Both the position numbers and the translations under genes were made by a program. A stretch of 64,000 nucleotides of DNA, from IMG/VR virus record IMGVR_UViG_3300022697_000186, positions 45,091-109,090 of that record, one strand, 5' to 3'. The DNA is from a virus. Lineage: Duplodnaviria > Heunggongvirae > Uroviricota > Caudoviricetes. This document shows, one piece after another, positions 26,895 through 36,747 of this stretch; position 1 is the first letter of the stretch; every line of letters begins with the position of its first letter. The notes under the pieces were generated by a model. That model was given only the letters and a program-made list of their open reading frames with translations. It had not been told where the DNA came from and did no database searches.

Positions 26895-28367
26895 TTATAT
26901 AACTCTTTTATATTTTTCTATTCCTGAAATATCATTTTTATGAGGAAAACATTCTATAAATTCACTAATAGAATCTTCATGATTTAGATTTCTATTTTGA
27001 CGTTCCACTTCATCAATAGAATTTTTAAGTTCAGTTATACTTAAACCAAGAGGTTTTCTTTTTAACAAATCTCTCTTTAATGCTATTGATATCGCTTGTT
27101 CAACAATACTTGCAATCATTCCACCGTTTACTATATTTCGTAGTGTAACATCATGTACACCATTACTCTTAGTATGTATTTTATATAAAATACGATTATT
27201 ACAGTGTAATTCTTTCCCTGCAAAATTTGCTAATCCAGATATAGTAGAACCTTTATGTATAGGTATACCTTTTAAGTTTAATTTAAATATCTTCTTTGTA
27301 TTTTCTGTATTAGGTCGTCCAATTAAAATTTTACGATCAATTCTTCCATCACGTAAAACAGCAGGGTCTAATGTATCAGCTCTATTCGTAGCTAAAATTA
27401 CTAATGAACTTGAATTAGTTAAACCATCCATCTCTGTTAAAAACATTGGTACAATAGTTTTTTCCATATCTGAACTTACACCTGTACCTCTTTTACCTAA
27501 GATAGAGTCTGCTTCATCTATAAAAATTATACCAGGGTAACCATTTTCTTTAAAGTGATCTTTAGTTTGTTGAAATATTTTTCTAATAGTTTCTTCACTA
27601 TTACCAACATACTTATTTAAAATCTCTGGACCTTTTATGTAAAAGAAACCAGAAGTCTTTTCACTTTTATTATGTACCTTTGCTAAAGCTGTAGCTGTAG
27701 CTTTACCTAACATTGTTTTACCACATCCAGGAGGTCCATATAATAGTATTCCTTTAACAGGTTTCTTTTTGTAGAATTTAAAAATCTTAGGATTTTTATA
27801 TGGTAGTTCTACTGTTTCAATCATTAGTTCTTTAGCATTTTCAAGTCCACCGATATCTTTCCAGCAAACATTTGTACTTTCTTCACAATTAAAATCACTT
27901 GTTTCTTTTCCAAGATTATTTATAATAATCATTGAACCTGGATCAAGTATTACACGATCTCCAATTTTAATATTTTTAAATTTCCCATTAAATATTATTT
28001 TAGATTTTGATTCGTGTTCTATTTCAGAATATGATTCATCAATAACTTTTTTAATAGTTATAACAGTGCCTACATCTTTAAGTACTTCATTATTTGATAC
28101 ACCAATAATTTGTAAAGTTTCCATATTTATGTTAACATTATCACCAGGTTCAATTTTTTTATCAGTTGGTGCATATACTTCTAAAATTTTATTGTTGTAG
28201 TTTATTGTAGCTGTATCATAATTTTTCTTTTTAGTTACATGTATTACTGTAGCAAAAGTAAATGGAGGTGATGTAAGTTTTTGTATAAGTATATCTTGTT
28301 TTTGTAATTGTATTTTGGCTTCTTCTAGTGCATCATTTAATCGATAAACTTCTTCTTTAATATTCAC
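26895..28367 (-). CDS. classic-clade AAA+ ATPase (proteasomal-ATPase/CDC48/FtsH-like module) with N-terminal coiled coil
   Basis: Walker A GPPGCGKT, Walker B IIFIDEAD, SRH region LATNRADTLDPAVLRDGRIDR. Confidence 0.85.
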   Translation of the reverse strand: MNIKEEVYRLNDALEEAKIQLQKQDILIQKLTSPPFTFATVIHVTKKKNYDTATINYNNKILEVYAPTDKKIEPGDNVNINMETLQIIGVSNNEVLKDVGTVITIKKVIDESYSEIEHESKSKIIFNGKFKNIKIGDRVILDPGSMIIINNLGKETSDFNCEESTNVCWKDIGGLENAKELMIETVELPYKNPKIFKFYKKKPVKGILLYGPPGCGKTMLGKATATALAKVHNKSEKTSGFFYIKGPEILNKYVGNSEETIRKIFQQTKDHFKENGYPGIIFIDEADSILGKRGTGVSSDMEKTIVPMFLTEMDGLTNSSSLVILATNRADTLDPAVLRDGRIDRKILIGRPNTENTKKIFKLNLKGIPIHKGSTISGLANFAGKELHCNNRILYKIHTKSNGVHDVTLRNIVNGGMIASIVEQAISIALKRDLLKRKPLGLSITELKNSIDEVERQNRNLNHEDSISEFIECFPHKNDISGIEKYKRVI

Positions 28368-28381
28368 TATTTTCTCCCATG

Positions 28382-28684
28382 TTAAACATTATTTATTACT
28401 GCCATATATTGTTGTAATTCTTTACTTACTGTGTGTAATTTATTTATATCTACAAGAAAAACTTTTTTAGGTCTATTGTCTGTTGGATCAATAAAACGTT
28501 CCCATGCACTCTGACAAAATGCGATAGCTGCTGCAGTAAATGCACCATTGTCTACTAATACAACTGGTAAAATATTAGAATCTAATTTATTATAATTTAT
28601 AGAATTTATTGATTCAATTTCTGTACCATTTTTATTTAACCATTTTTCTTTTGATATATCTTTAGGATTTACATATGCTCCCAT
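28382..28684 (-). CDS. hypothetical protein
   Basis: ORF track. Confidence 0.5.
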   Translation of the reverse strand: MGAYVNPKDISKEKWLNKNGTEIESINSINYNKLDSNILPVVLVDNGAFTAAAIAFCQSAWERFIDPTDNRPKKVFLVDINKLHTVSKELQQYMAVINNV

Positions 28685-28781
28685 TTTTCCTCCTGTATTA
28701 ATTAATTAGGTCTAAATCCATAGGGAAAAGATTTAATAAACTCTATCTCTCTAACCTAGTACTAAATTTAAAATGTTATAT

Positions 28782-28997
28782 CTAATATTCTGAATTTATT
28801 TGTTTTAAGCATTCTGAACATAATCCCATATATTGACCTTTTGCATTTGTTAATGATTTTTTAGAGCGATGTTTAACACATGTTGATGAATTAGATTTTA
28901 ATGATTTTTCATATATATCATTTGTTAGCATTTCATGCGTTATCATATCATCAACAGGACGATCAGATTCAAATAATTTTAACGGAGTTTTACTCAT
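28782..28997 (-). CDS. Cys-containing small protein
   Basis: ORF track. Confidence 0.45.
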   Translation of the reverse strand: MSKTPLKLFESDRPVDDMITHEMLTNDIYEKSLKSNSSTCVKHRSKKSLTNAKGQYMGLCSECLKQINSEY

Positions 28998-29127
28998 TTA
29001 AGTTTCCCACCTATAAGTATTTAATTAGATAAAAATAAAGTGACGGACTTAACATTAAACCCACCACAAGAAAACTAAATTCGACCTTTATTTTTAACTC
29101 GTGTAATGTCTTTTATTCATACTTACT

Positions 29128-29349
29128 TTACCTCCTTTTACTCTGAGATTTTCGTTTTACAAGTTTTATAAAATGTCTACAATGTTTACCTTGAAATTCT
29201 GGATATATTGTAATACAACTTTTAATCAAACTACGTACACATGTTTTTTTAATCTTTGGTTTACAATCAACACCATCACACTTTTCTTTTGGTTCAATAT
29301 TATTTATCATAACATACCTCTTAACTAATTTAAAAATTAATGAAAACAA
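29128..29349 (-). CDS. basic Cys-rich small protein
   Basis: ORF track. Confidence 0.45.
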   Translation of the reverse strand: MFSLIFKLVKRYVMINNIEPKEKCDGVDCKPKIKKTCVRSLIKSCITIYPEFQGKHCRHFIKLVKRKSQSKRR

Positions 29350-29399
29350 ATAGTGTCTTCACTGAGAACCCTTTATATCCGTTCTCATTAATTTAATAT

Positions 29400-29657
29400 T
29401 TAAAGAGAAGATATAAACTCAGGTATTTCTTTTTTCAATTTCTTGATCGTAATTTGCGAAATTAATAAATCATGATCCATAAATCCAAATATTTTAATAA
29501 AATCATGAATTGTTACACCAACTTTAATTTCTTTACGATCATTGTTATAAATATGTAATGAATGATCAGTATCTAATTTGTAAAATTTATGCTCATATTC
29601 AATTTCTCCTTTACTAAGTAGAAATTCTAATGCCATTAATATCTTATTATTTTTCAT
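29400..29657 (-). CDS. hypothetical small protein
   Basis: ORF track. Confidence 0.45.
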   Translation of the reverse strand: MKNNKILMALEFLLSKGEIEYEHKFYKLDTDHSLHIYNNDRKEIKVGVTIHDFIKIFGFMDHDLLISQITIKKLKKEIPEFISSL

Positions 29658-29817
29658 TACATACCTTTTTTATTAAAAGTTTAACATATGATATATTAAA
29701 TTTATCTTTATACGGTTCCAAATTTAATATATCATAACCTTGATTTCCAAGACTTGTCTCAATTTCATATTTATGCTGCCAAAATATCTCAGCAAAATAA
29801 TGTTTCTCTTCATTCAT
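29647..29817 (-). CDS. hypothetical small protein (56 aa)
   Basis: SD aggtg; overlaps next gene by 11 nt. Confidence 0.3.
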   Translation of the reverse strand: MNEEKHYFAEIFWQHKYEIETSLGNQGYDILNLEPYKDKFNISYVKLLIKKVCNEK

Positions 29818-29825
29818 AATTACAC

Positions 29826-30263
29826 CTATAAACTATATTGTTCCCAAGAACGCCCCGCGTTAATCCAAATACCTTTTGATCTTTCTGAATGAGGATAATT
29901 TAATTCAAATACTATCCTCTGACAAGATGTACTAATTAATAATTTAACACAATGTATACAAGGTGCTACTGTAGTATAACATGTATCAATTGAATAAACA
30001 TTAGTACATTGTATCAATGCATTAGCTTCAGCGTGTACAGCTTCACATAAATCCAAACCAGTTCCAGAAGGTTCTCTAGCACCTGGACAAGGATCTGATT
30101 CACTACAATGAGAAGCTCCTGAAGGAGGTCCATTGTAACCAGTACCAATGACATGTTTACGTTCATTAACCAAAACACATCCTACTTGTCGTCTTACACA
30201 TGTACCTCTAGTAGATACTAAAGTTGCCATATTAAGAAAATAATTTTCAATACTTGGTCTCAT
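29826..30263 (-). CDS. dCMP deaminase (cytidine/deoxycytidylate deaminase zinc-binding family)
   Basis: HAEANAL and PCIHCVKLL zinc-binding motifs; length 145 aa. Confidence 0.85.
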   Translation of the reverse strand: MRPSIENYFLNMATLVSTRGTCVRRQVGCVLVNERKHVIGTGYNGPPSGASHCSESDPCPGAREPSGTGLDLCEAVHAEANALIQCTNVYSIDTCYTTVAPCIHCVKLLISTSCQRIVFELNYPHSERSKGIWINAGRSWEQYSL

Positions 30264-30272
30264 TTAATACTC

Positions 30273-30554
30273 CTATTCTATATGTATTGCAACTTTAGTA
30301 TTACATACGATTCTGCTAATATTTGTATCTATATCTTTTAATACTGTAACATTTGGACATTGATTCATTATTTGATAAATATTTACTTCATTATCTAATA
30401 ATATCTTTGAACCAATTCCGAAATGAATTAATTCTTGTTCTTTTAAATTTCTATCAGGTTTTTCTGATTCGATTTTTAATAATTTAAATGTTTTACTTGT
30501 AATCCCACCATCATTTAAAATAGCATTTAAAATATTTTTGGTATCATCACACAT
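30273..30554 (-). CDS. hypothetical protein
   Basis: ORF track. Confidence 0.45.
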   Translation of the reverse strand: MCDDTKNILNAILNDGGITSKTFKLLKIESEKPDRNLKEQELIHFGIGSKILLDNEVNIYQIMNQCPNVTVLKDIDTNISRIVCNTKVAIHIE

Positions 30555-30565
30555 TATGAAATCTC

Positions 30566-30871
30566 CTATATAATCATAACTTTTTTCTTTGATTCACCTA
30601 CAATTATAGTTTGTTCTACTTTCGTTAAATTCCCATTATACGGATATTTAGTATAAACTATACCACCAATTTTTTTCGACTTTTTTAAAAGATTTTGTCT
30701 TTCATAAAACAGATCAACAATTTTTATCCAATCTTCATCATTTTGTCTTCTGATTGAAGATTTTTCACATTCAGGACATTGATCATATCTTTTATATTCG
30801 ATACTTATTTTTTTCTTAAATTTTTTGGTACGTTCACATGTACCACATATTATATTATAATTATTATTCAT
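30566..30871 (-). CDS. zinc-ribbon protein
   Basis: CGTCE...CPECE. Confidence 0.45.
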   Translation of the reverse strand: MNNNYNIICGTCERTKKFKKKISIEYKRYDQCPECEKSSIRRQNDEDWIKIVDLFYERQNLLKKSKKIGGIVYTKYPYNGNLTKVEQTIIVGESKKKVMII

Positions 30872-30922
30872 TGTTCCCCCTTTAAAATAAAAAATTAAAT
30901 GGTAACCTATATAAATTTTATT

Positions 30923-31153
30923 TTATACAGGTTTTCCATTTTTAAATAACAATGTAACTCTAGGTTTAAGCCATGCTAAAGCTCTAAATCCATCTCCTTT
31001 TTTCTTATGAATGATTTTTAACATCTGTTCAAATTTACGTTCAACATAAGGATTGCATTCATATCCATAAGTGTTCTTTCCGACAATTAATTCCAATATA
31101 TCAGGATTTCTAGTATAACTTAATAATTCAACCATCTTCAGTTTTTCCTGCAC
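30923..31153 (-). CDS. hypothetical small protein
   Basis: ORF track. Confidence 0.45.
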   Translation of the reverse strand: MQEKLKMVELLSYTRNPDILELIVGKNTYGYECNPYVERKFEQMLKIIHKKKGDGFRALAWLKPRVTLLFKNGKPV

Positions 31154-31280
31154 TAATTTTAAAATTGAAATAAATCCATACTATTGTACATAATGTACCA
31201 GCAACCATATTATCAATTAAACGATTCGGCATAATTATAACCATACAAAAATTAAATATTGCTATTAAATATAAAATCAT
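31128..31280 (-). CDS. small membrane protein (50 aa)
   Basis: strong SD GGAGG; hydrophobic. Confidence 0.35.
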   Translation of the reverse strand: MILYLIAIFNFCMVIIMPNRLIDNMVAGTLCTIVWIYFNFKISAGKTEDG

Positions 31281-31378
31281 AAATTCCTCCTAACCAAAAA
31301 TTATCAAAAATTACCAATATATGATTTAATATATGGGTAATTTTGGGAGAGTATTTAATATATACTCTCCCAGATAAA

Positions 31379-32620
31379 TTACTCTTTAGTAGGTACTTTT
31401 AGATTAAGTGATAGATCTTTAGCTGCTTTAACAGTTAATAAATCTATCAGTGCAGTAGCTTCATTACTACTTCCACTACGCTTACCATTATTACCAGAAG
31501 TAAAGTTTATTTCAGATACCCATCTTTGTTTACCAAACTCTTCTGCAAACTTACCCATTACTTTTTCATAAGTATTAAGTTTTTGTTTCAATGCACCATC
31601 AGCTTGCATTATTAAACGTTTTTTAGTACTTTCACCTTCACCCTGAAGTATCAGTTTTTGTTTTTCAAAAACAGCTGCTTGCTTTTGTAGTTTAGCAACT
31701 TCTAATTCCTTCAGAGCATGTAATTCTGCAACTTCTTTTTCTTTTTGTGCTTCTACTACTGCTTGAACTTTTATTTGTTCTTTCTCATATCTTGCTGCCA
31801 TGACTTTAGCTTTACCCTGTTCTTCTGTAGTTTTTTTATCTTGTTCAGCTTTTAGTGCATTAGCCATTGCTGTTTGTACACCCATAATAGCTGTTTGTTG
31901 TTCTGCTATTTGTGCATTGACTTTTTTAGGATACAAGAATTGTTTAATTTCGAAGTTAGCCACTTCTATTCCAAGACCATCCATAGGAGATTTTTCATAT
32001 AACTTGTTACCATCTTTATCCGTTTTAACAACTGTAACAAGAGTATCTTCTTCTTCTTTAGTTAGAGGATCAATTGTTTTTGTAGTTTTTGTGGTAGTTT
32101 GATATATACCGTTCTGTATTTGATCCCATGCTCCACTAATAAATTCGGCACGCCTGTCTGTGTACGATTCTTTTGCACTCATAAGGTTAGCCATATTTCT
32201 TAGAGCATTACGTACATGTGGTCTAAGTAATCTTCCCATCAGATCTTTTTCATTTATATAACTATTTTTTGTAACAAGTTCTATAACTTGTTTTGGTGAT
32301 GTGGGCATAACAATTCTTATCGTGCCAGAAAGATTAGTCATTGATCCATCATTGAACCGTACTTCAATTGACTGGTTATCATTTTCATCACCTTCACTAT
32401 CTGCAGTAAAGAAAAATGTTGTAGCTATAGGCCATGTCTGAATATCACCAAACGCTTGTAAATACATTCCTGGAGTCATTCTTGCTGTCATTTTTCCAGA
32501 AAATGCAGCCTGTTTAATTTGGTAGTAACCTTTTTTATTGGTCTCTACAATATTTCCACCAAGGAAAATTGCAAGAATTAAAGTTACGATACCTATACCA
32601 ACTGATACTTGTTTATACAT
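31379..32620 (-). CDS. SPFH/band-7 (flotillin/HflK-like) membrane protein
   Basis: N-terminal TM helix, central domain, long Ala/Glu/Lys/Gln coiled-coil typical of flotillin-like proteins. Confidence 0.5.
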   Translation of the reverse strand: MYKQVSVGIGIVTLILAIFLGGNIVETNKKGYYQIKQAAFSGKMTARMTPGMYLQAFGDIQTWPIATTFFFTADSEGDENDNQSIEVRFNDGSMTNLSGTIRIVMPTSPKQVIELVTKNSYINEKDLMGRLLRPHVRNALRNMANLMSAKESYTDRRAEFISGAWDQIQNGIYQTTTKTTKTIDPLTKEEEDTLVTVVKTDKDGNKLYEKSPMDGLGIEVANFEIKQFLYPKKVNAQIAEQQTAIMGVQTAMANALKAEQDKKTTEEQGKAKVMAARYEKEQIKVQAVVEAQKEKEVAELHALKELEVAKLQKQAAVFEKQKLILQGEGESTKKRLIMQADGALKQKLNTYEKVMGKFAEEFGKQRWVSEINFTSGNNGKRSGSSNEATALIDLLTVKAAKDLSLNLKVPTKE

Positions 32621-32634
32621 TTATTTAATATCCC

Positions 32635-32937
32635 TTATTTCTGTTCTAATTTTTTAAGATTATCTGTTTCTATTTTAAATTCTTCTTCTAGTTCTTTTAT
32701 CATATTTTCTAACTTCGTTAAATCTTTAGTAGTTTGTATCTCCTTTCTCAATGTCTTAAGTTTATTCTCCATATCATTTATCTGTTCTTTTTTAGTCTTT
32801 ATTTCTTCAGTATCATTTATGAATGCATCCTTGACAGTTGCTTCAGGTTTTATTAAACCCATAAATTTTGCAAACTGCATAACCGTTACGAATATAACAA
32901 CTATGAGAAATAATGTACCTATTATTTGAGCTAACAA
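32635..32937 (-). CDS. TM + coiled-coil small protein
   Basis: ORF track. Confidence 0.45.
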   Translation of the reverse strand: MLAQIIGTLFLIVVIFVTVMQFAKFMGLIKPEATVKDAFINDTEEIKTKKEQINDMENKLKTLRKEIQTTKDLTKLENMIKELEEEFKIETDNLKKLEQK

Positions 32938-32949
32938 ATTATACCTCCT

Positions 32950-33120
32950 TTATAAATTATTTTTTTCAATTTTATCTCGAATATTTTTTGATACTAATGC
33001 TGAACGTTTTATTGTTTTCTTACGTATTTTTTTAAATCTTTTTTCACTTTGTAGTGAAAAATCATCACAATATTTTTCAAGTAGTTTTTTGGATTTTTCT
33101 TTTTTTATCCACTGTTTCAT
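32950..33120 (-). CDS. lysine-rich small protein (56 aa)
   Basis: ATG abuts stop of upstream gene; below cut-off. Confidence 0.35.
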   Translation of the reverse strand: MKQWIKKEKSKKLLEKYCDDFSLQSEKRFKKIRKKTIKRSALVSKNIRDKIEKNNL

Positions 33121-34032
33121 TTAATTATTTATTAAATTATTAGTTAATTCTACAATACAACTTTCAACTTTCAAATCTCTCAAATTATCATATATAAATT
33201 CCTCACCTAATAATTTATGATTAAATTCTATAGGATTATCTAATTTATGATTTAACAATTTTATATTATCTTGTAACATAATTAAATTATTTTTAAGATC
33301 TTCAAATATATATTTTATCTTAGATGTAGAAAGATGTAATCTATATAAACTACCAAGAGTATATCTGAAAAGACTAATTACAGAAGGAAAACCTTCAATT
33401 TTTTTTTTTCTAGTTTCTTTAATATACTCTATTAAATCTTTATTAGAATTAAGATATGCTAATCTATTTCTTTTACTTTCTTTCTTGAAATAGTTTAGTA
33501 ATTTATATAATGCAAGTGTTGGTCTTTTATCATTATCTAGTTGATTTAATATATTTAAAAAATCTTTACAGTAAGACATTATTAAATTAAAAGAAAGATT
33601 ACTATTCCATTTCCAAATTCTTAAAGGAATAAATTCATTAATACTTTTAATATCATTAAATATGTAACCATTATCATTTTCATATTGCCAATGAATTGGA
33701 GTTGATACATTCTTTCTTTTACTACCATCTACTAAAGCTATAGCATCAGGTCCTAAAAATATTGCTGTTAATGGTGATATTGATAATTGATATAATTGTT
33801 GTCTTTCATTTTTTACAGTTAGCCATTCTTGTGAATGTATACGTCTTTTTTCATTGTATGTAATATAATTACCATATGAATTTATTTTTAGAGGAATAAA
33901 TCCAAATAAGTTTTCTTGTTCATTTGGATTTATATGATATAAATCATCATGTGATGGTTCAAAAATACTTCCATTTCTATGTCCTCTATAATGGGTACTA
34001 TGTACAATTGTTGGATTTAAATACTTGTTCAT
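33121..34032 (-). CDS. hypothetical protein
   Basis: ORF track 303 aa. Confidence 0.55.
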   Translation of the reverse strand: MNKYLNPTIVHSTHYRGHRNGSIFEPSHDDLYHINPNEQENLFGFIPLKINSYGNYITYNEKRRIHSQEWLTVKNERQQLYQLSISPLTAIFLGPDAIALVDGSKRKNVSTPIHWQYENDNGYIFNDIKSINEFIPLRIWKWNSNLSFNLIMSYCKDFLNILNQLDNDKRPTLALYKLLNYFKKESKRNRLAYLNSNKDLIEYIKETRKKKIEGFPSVISLFRYTLGSLYRLHLSTSKIKYIFEDLKNNLIMLQDNIKLLNHKLDNPIEFNHKLLGEEFIYDNLRDLKVESCIVELTNNLINN

Positions 34033-34349
34033 TTTTTCTTAGATTTTTTCTTTGCTACTTTTTTCTTAGATTTTTTCTTGCTAGTTTTAGAAGTAGGCAT
34101 TTTCATCTTTGGTTTAATATTAACTCCATCCATTTGATCAATAATCATTTGAAATGATTTCATATTTTCTTTCCATTGTGATTTATGAACACATATTTTT
34201 TCATATAATTTTAACATCAGTTTTGCTCTACCTAAACCACCTTGAAAACCTTGTTCCATTATAACATTAAATTGTCTAAACACCATTTCATGAAAATCAT
34301 CAATTTCTTCTTTAGTATTTAATTCAAAATCTATTTTTATTTTTTTCAC
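34029..34349 (-). CDS. hypothetical protein with poly-Lys C-terminal tail
   Basis: ORF track. Confidence 0.5.
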   Translation of the reverse strand: MKKIKIDFELNTKEEIDDFHEMVFRQFNVIMEQGFQGGLGRAKLMLKLYEKICVHKSQWKENMKSFQMIIDQMDGVNIKPKMKMPTSKTSKKKSKKKVAKKKSKKK

Positions 34350-34358
34350 ATTGTTCTC

Positions 34359-34805
34359 CTAAGCAATAAGTTTAATACCTTCATATATTCCACGAACTCG
34401 AATTAGCATAAAATTTCCTAACGGAGTTTTTACAAATTCTGATTTGTTTTTAATATTTCTAATTAAAATTTTAAGATTCTTTTTAGCTAAAACTTTATCA
34501 GGTAAAGTTTCATCAAGAAAATGTTCTTCTGTTTTTTTTAAGCCCAATTTTGTAAATTTTTCTTGTATATTATTTAAAAATATTCGACCATGTTCATCTT
34601 CTATTTTTTTAAGAATTTTATTCATACTATTTTTATATTCTACTATTTTATCTTTGACTGAAGATTCTTTAACTGAATTAATATCATATAGAGCTATTAT
34701 AAATTGAGTTACACCTCCAGAATCATGAATTAAACTATCGGATAATTTGTTTAATTCATCAAATATGTTATTAAGTTCATTATTTAAATGTTGTTTACTA
34801 TCCAT
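34359..34805 (-). CDS. hypothetical protein
   Basis: ORF track. Confidence 0.5.
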   Translation of the reverse strand: MDSKQHLNNELNNIFDELNKLSDSLIHDSGGVTQFIIALYDINSVKESSVKDKIVEYKNSMNKILKKIEDEHGRIFLNNIQEKFTKLGLKKTEEHFLDETLPDKVLAKKNLKILIRNIKNKSEFVKTPLGNFMLIRVRGIYEGIKLIA

Positions 34806-34821
34806 AAATTTCCTTTCTTTA

Positions 34822-34839
34822 TTAGGACAAACTGTAAAT
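34822..34839 (+). promoter_or_regulatory. late promoter motif TTAGGACAAACTGTAAAT
   Basis: one of 8 copies of consensus TTAGGACAAAyTrTAAAT upstream of + strand late genes. Confidence 0.55.
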
Positions 34840-34874
34840 TTTAAAATTAATTATATTGAAATATAAATAATAAG

Positions 34875-34892
34875 TTAGGACAAATTATTAAA
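34875..34892 (+). promoter_or_regulatory. late promoter motif variant TTAGGACAAATTATTAAA
   Basis: motif copy. Confidence 0.4.
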
Positions 34893-34965
34893 ATATTATA
34901 TGATATTACTGTACCATTATTAATAAGGTAGAGTAGTGCTTACATTTTAAATAGGAGAAAGTTTT

Positions 34966-35277
34966 ATGTTTGATGAGTTTGATGAGTTTCATGACATGTT
35001 AGATGATAGTATTAAAAATTTTGATGAAGATAAAGAATACGATATTCAGTTAAAAATTACAGGTGGTGAAATAGGTGCATTAATTAGAATGCTTCAATTT
35101 GTATTTGAAGAATCACTTGATGGTAATGCAGATTTAAGTGAAGAGGGTTTATCATTAACTCGTAAACTTAGTAATACTATTTATACAATATTTAAAATAC
35201 CTGAAAAAATACAGAATAAAGTTAGAAGTAGAATTGAAGATTCTATTGAAAAATTAAAAAACGCTAATTTAAATTAA
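34966..35277 (+). CDS. acidic hypothetical protein
   Basis: ORF track; late promoter upstream. Confidence 0.5.
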   Translation: MFDEFDEFHDMLDDSIKNFDEDKEYDIQLKITGGEIGALIRMLQFVFEESLDGNADLSEEGLSLTRKLSNTIYTIFKIPEKIQNKVRSRIEDSIEKLKNANLN

Positions 35278-35293
35278 AGTGGAGATTTAAAAT

Positions 35294-35878
35294 ATGTCAT
35301 CTGTTATACTCAATATTGCTGCGGGAAAATTTCGTCCTTTAAAAAATAAACCTAATTCATTTTTAATAAATCTTGATACAATGTATTATAAGACTACACC
35401 TGAAAGTGAGATTGAACAAGCATATGAGTCTTGGTCTAAATCTAAAGATATATCATTTAGTAGTAATGAAGATGCATTCACATTTATGGAACGTACAAAA
35501 ATAAACTTTTCTGATATATGTTTATATCGGTTTTTAGAACATGTAGATAAAGATAGAGTTTTATATTTTATTTATCTTTTAAGTACATGTATGGATATTG
35601 GAGGTATGGTTGATGTAATAGTACCAAATTATAAAATATTAGCTCAGAGAATATTAGATGAGGATGTTTGTGATTTTAATTTTCCAGCAGATGATATAAC
35701 AACAACATTTGAATTATTAAATGAACCTAATTGTCCTCATGCTTCTATATGGACAGCAGATCGTGCATCACATTTTTTTAGTTTAGAAGGTAGATTTGAA
35801 GTTTCTAATATAGAAGAAAATTTCGAATTCGATGGTAGAAATTTATACTTAAGATTTCAAGCAAAAAGAATAAAATAA
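35294..35878 (+). CDS. hypothetical protein
   Basis: ORF track. Confidence 0.55.
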   Translation: MSSVILNIAAGKFRPLKNKPNSFLINLDTMYYKTTPESEIEQAYESWSKSKDISFSSNEDAFTFMERTKINFSDICLYRFLEHVDKDRVLYFIYLLSTCMDIGGMVDVIVPNYKILAQRILDEDVCDFNFPADDITTTFELLNEPNCPHASIWTADRASHFFSLEGRFEVSNIEENFEFDGRNLYLRFQAKRIK

Positions 35879-35903
35879 AAATTTAAATTAATAGTATAAT
35901 TTT

Positions 35904-35938
35904 AAGGGAGTTGAACAATATCTGAATTCAACTCCCTT
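35904..35938. terminator. perfect 12-bp stem hairpin AAGGGAGTTGAA/TTCAACTCCCTT, bidirectional
   Basis: direct reading between convergent genes. Confidence 0.7.
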
Positions 35939-35951
35939 AAAAATTTATGTT

Positions 35952-36362
35952 TTATCTAGATGTTTTTCTTTCTAAGTCTGTAAGATAACATTGTATTGCA
36001 CAATTTATTGCAGTATACAAATCAGTTTTGGTATTAGCTCCAAATAAATTTAAACAAATATTATAGTCTGAAAACATTCGAGAATAACCACTAGGATTAT
36101 TCTTTTGAACACAGGTGTTTACACATAAATCAATGCAAACTGTCAAATAATCATCATGATTAATAAACGGTTTTAAAGTCTTACGTATGACAACTGATAT
36201 ATCATCAAAAAATTCACTAATTTTTAAATTTTTATCATTACCTCTAGGAATATAACGTTCATAATAATCTTTATTTAAAAAAGACACCTGAATGTTATTA
36301 AAATTCAGGTCGTTTTCTAACCTCTTACTAGATATAGACATTAACATAAACCCCCACACCAA
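35952..36362 (-). CDS. hypothetical Cys-containing protein
   Basis: ORF track. Confidence 0.5.
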   Translation of the reverse strand: MVWGFMLMSISSKRLENDLNFNNIQVSFLNKDYYERYIPRGNDKNLKISEFFDDISVVIRKTLKPFINHDDYLTVCIDLCVNTCVQKNNPSGYSRMFSDYNICLNLFGANTKTDLYTAINCAIQCYLTDLERKTSR

Positions 36363-36705
36363 AATTTGAATAAAAATTTTACAGAATTAAATACTAGTAA
36401 CACCTCCTTAAATTGTATTTAATTCTACATTAAATTGGAATTCACATCCTGTAAACACCAATAATAAAATTTGAAAAAATAATATTAGACCATTACTCTA
36501 TTCTGAGTATTCTAAACTATTTAGGTTTAATATACATAATTAATTATAAACTTAATAAGGTTTATATCTAAAGATTCAGAACATATCATTTATTCATCAG
36601 TTATTTTAATTTCAATAGACCATGAATTTAAAAAATTGAGAATTTTGATAAAAAGCTCGCAATTAATACTTACTTCTAATATTTAATATATATAGATAAG
36701 TAAAT

Positions 36706-36723
36706 TTAGGACAAACTATAAAT
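36706..36723 (+). promoter_or_regulatory. late promoter motif TTAGGACAAACTATAAAT
   Basis: 24 nt upstream of ATG 36748. Confidence 0.6.
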
Positions 36724-36747
36724 TATATAACAATGAGGTAGAAATTC

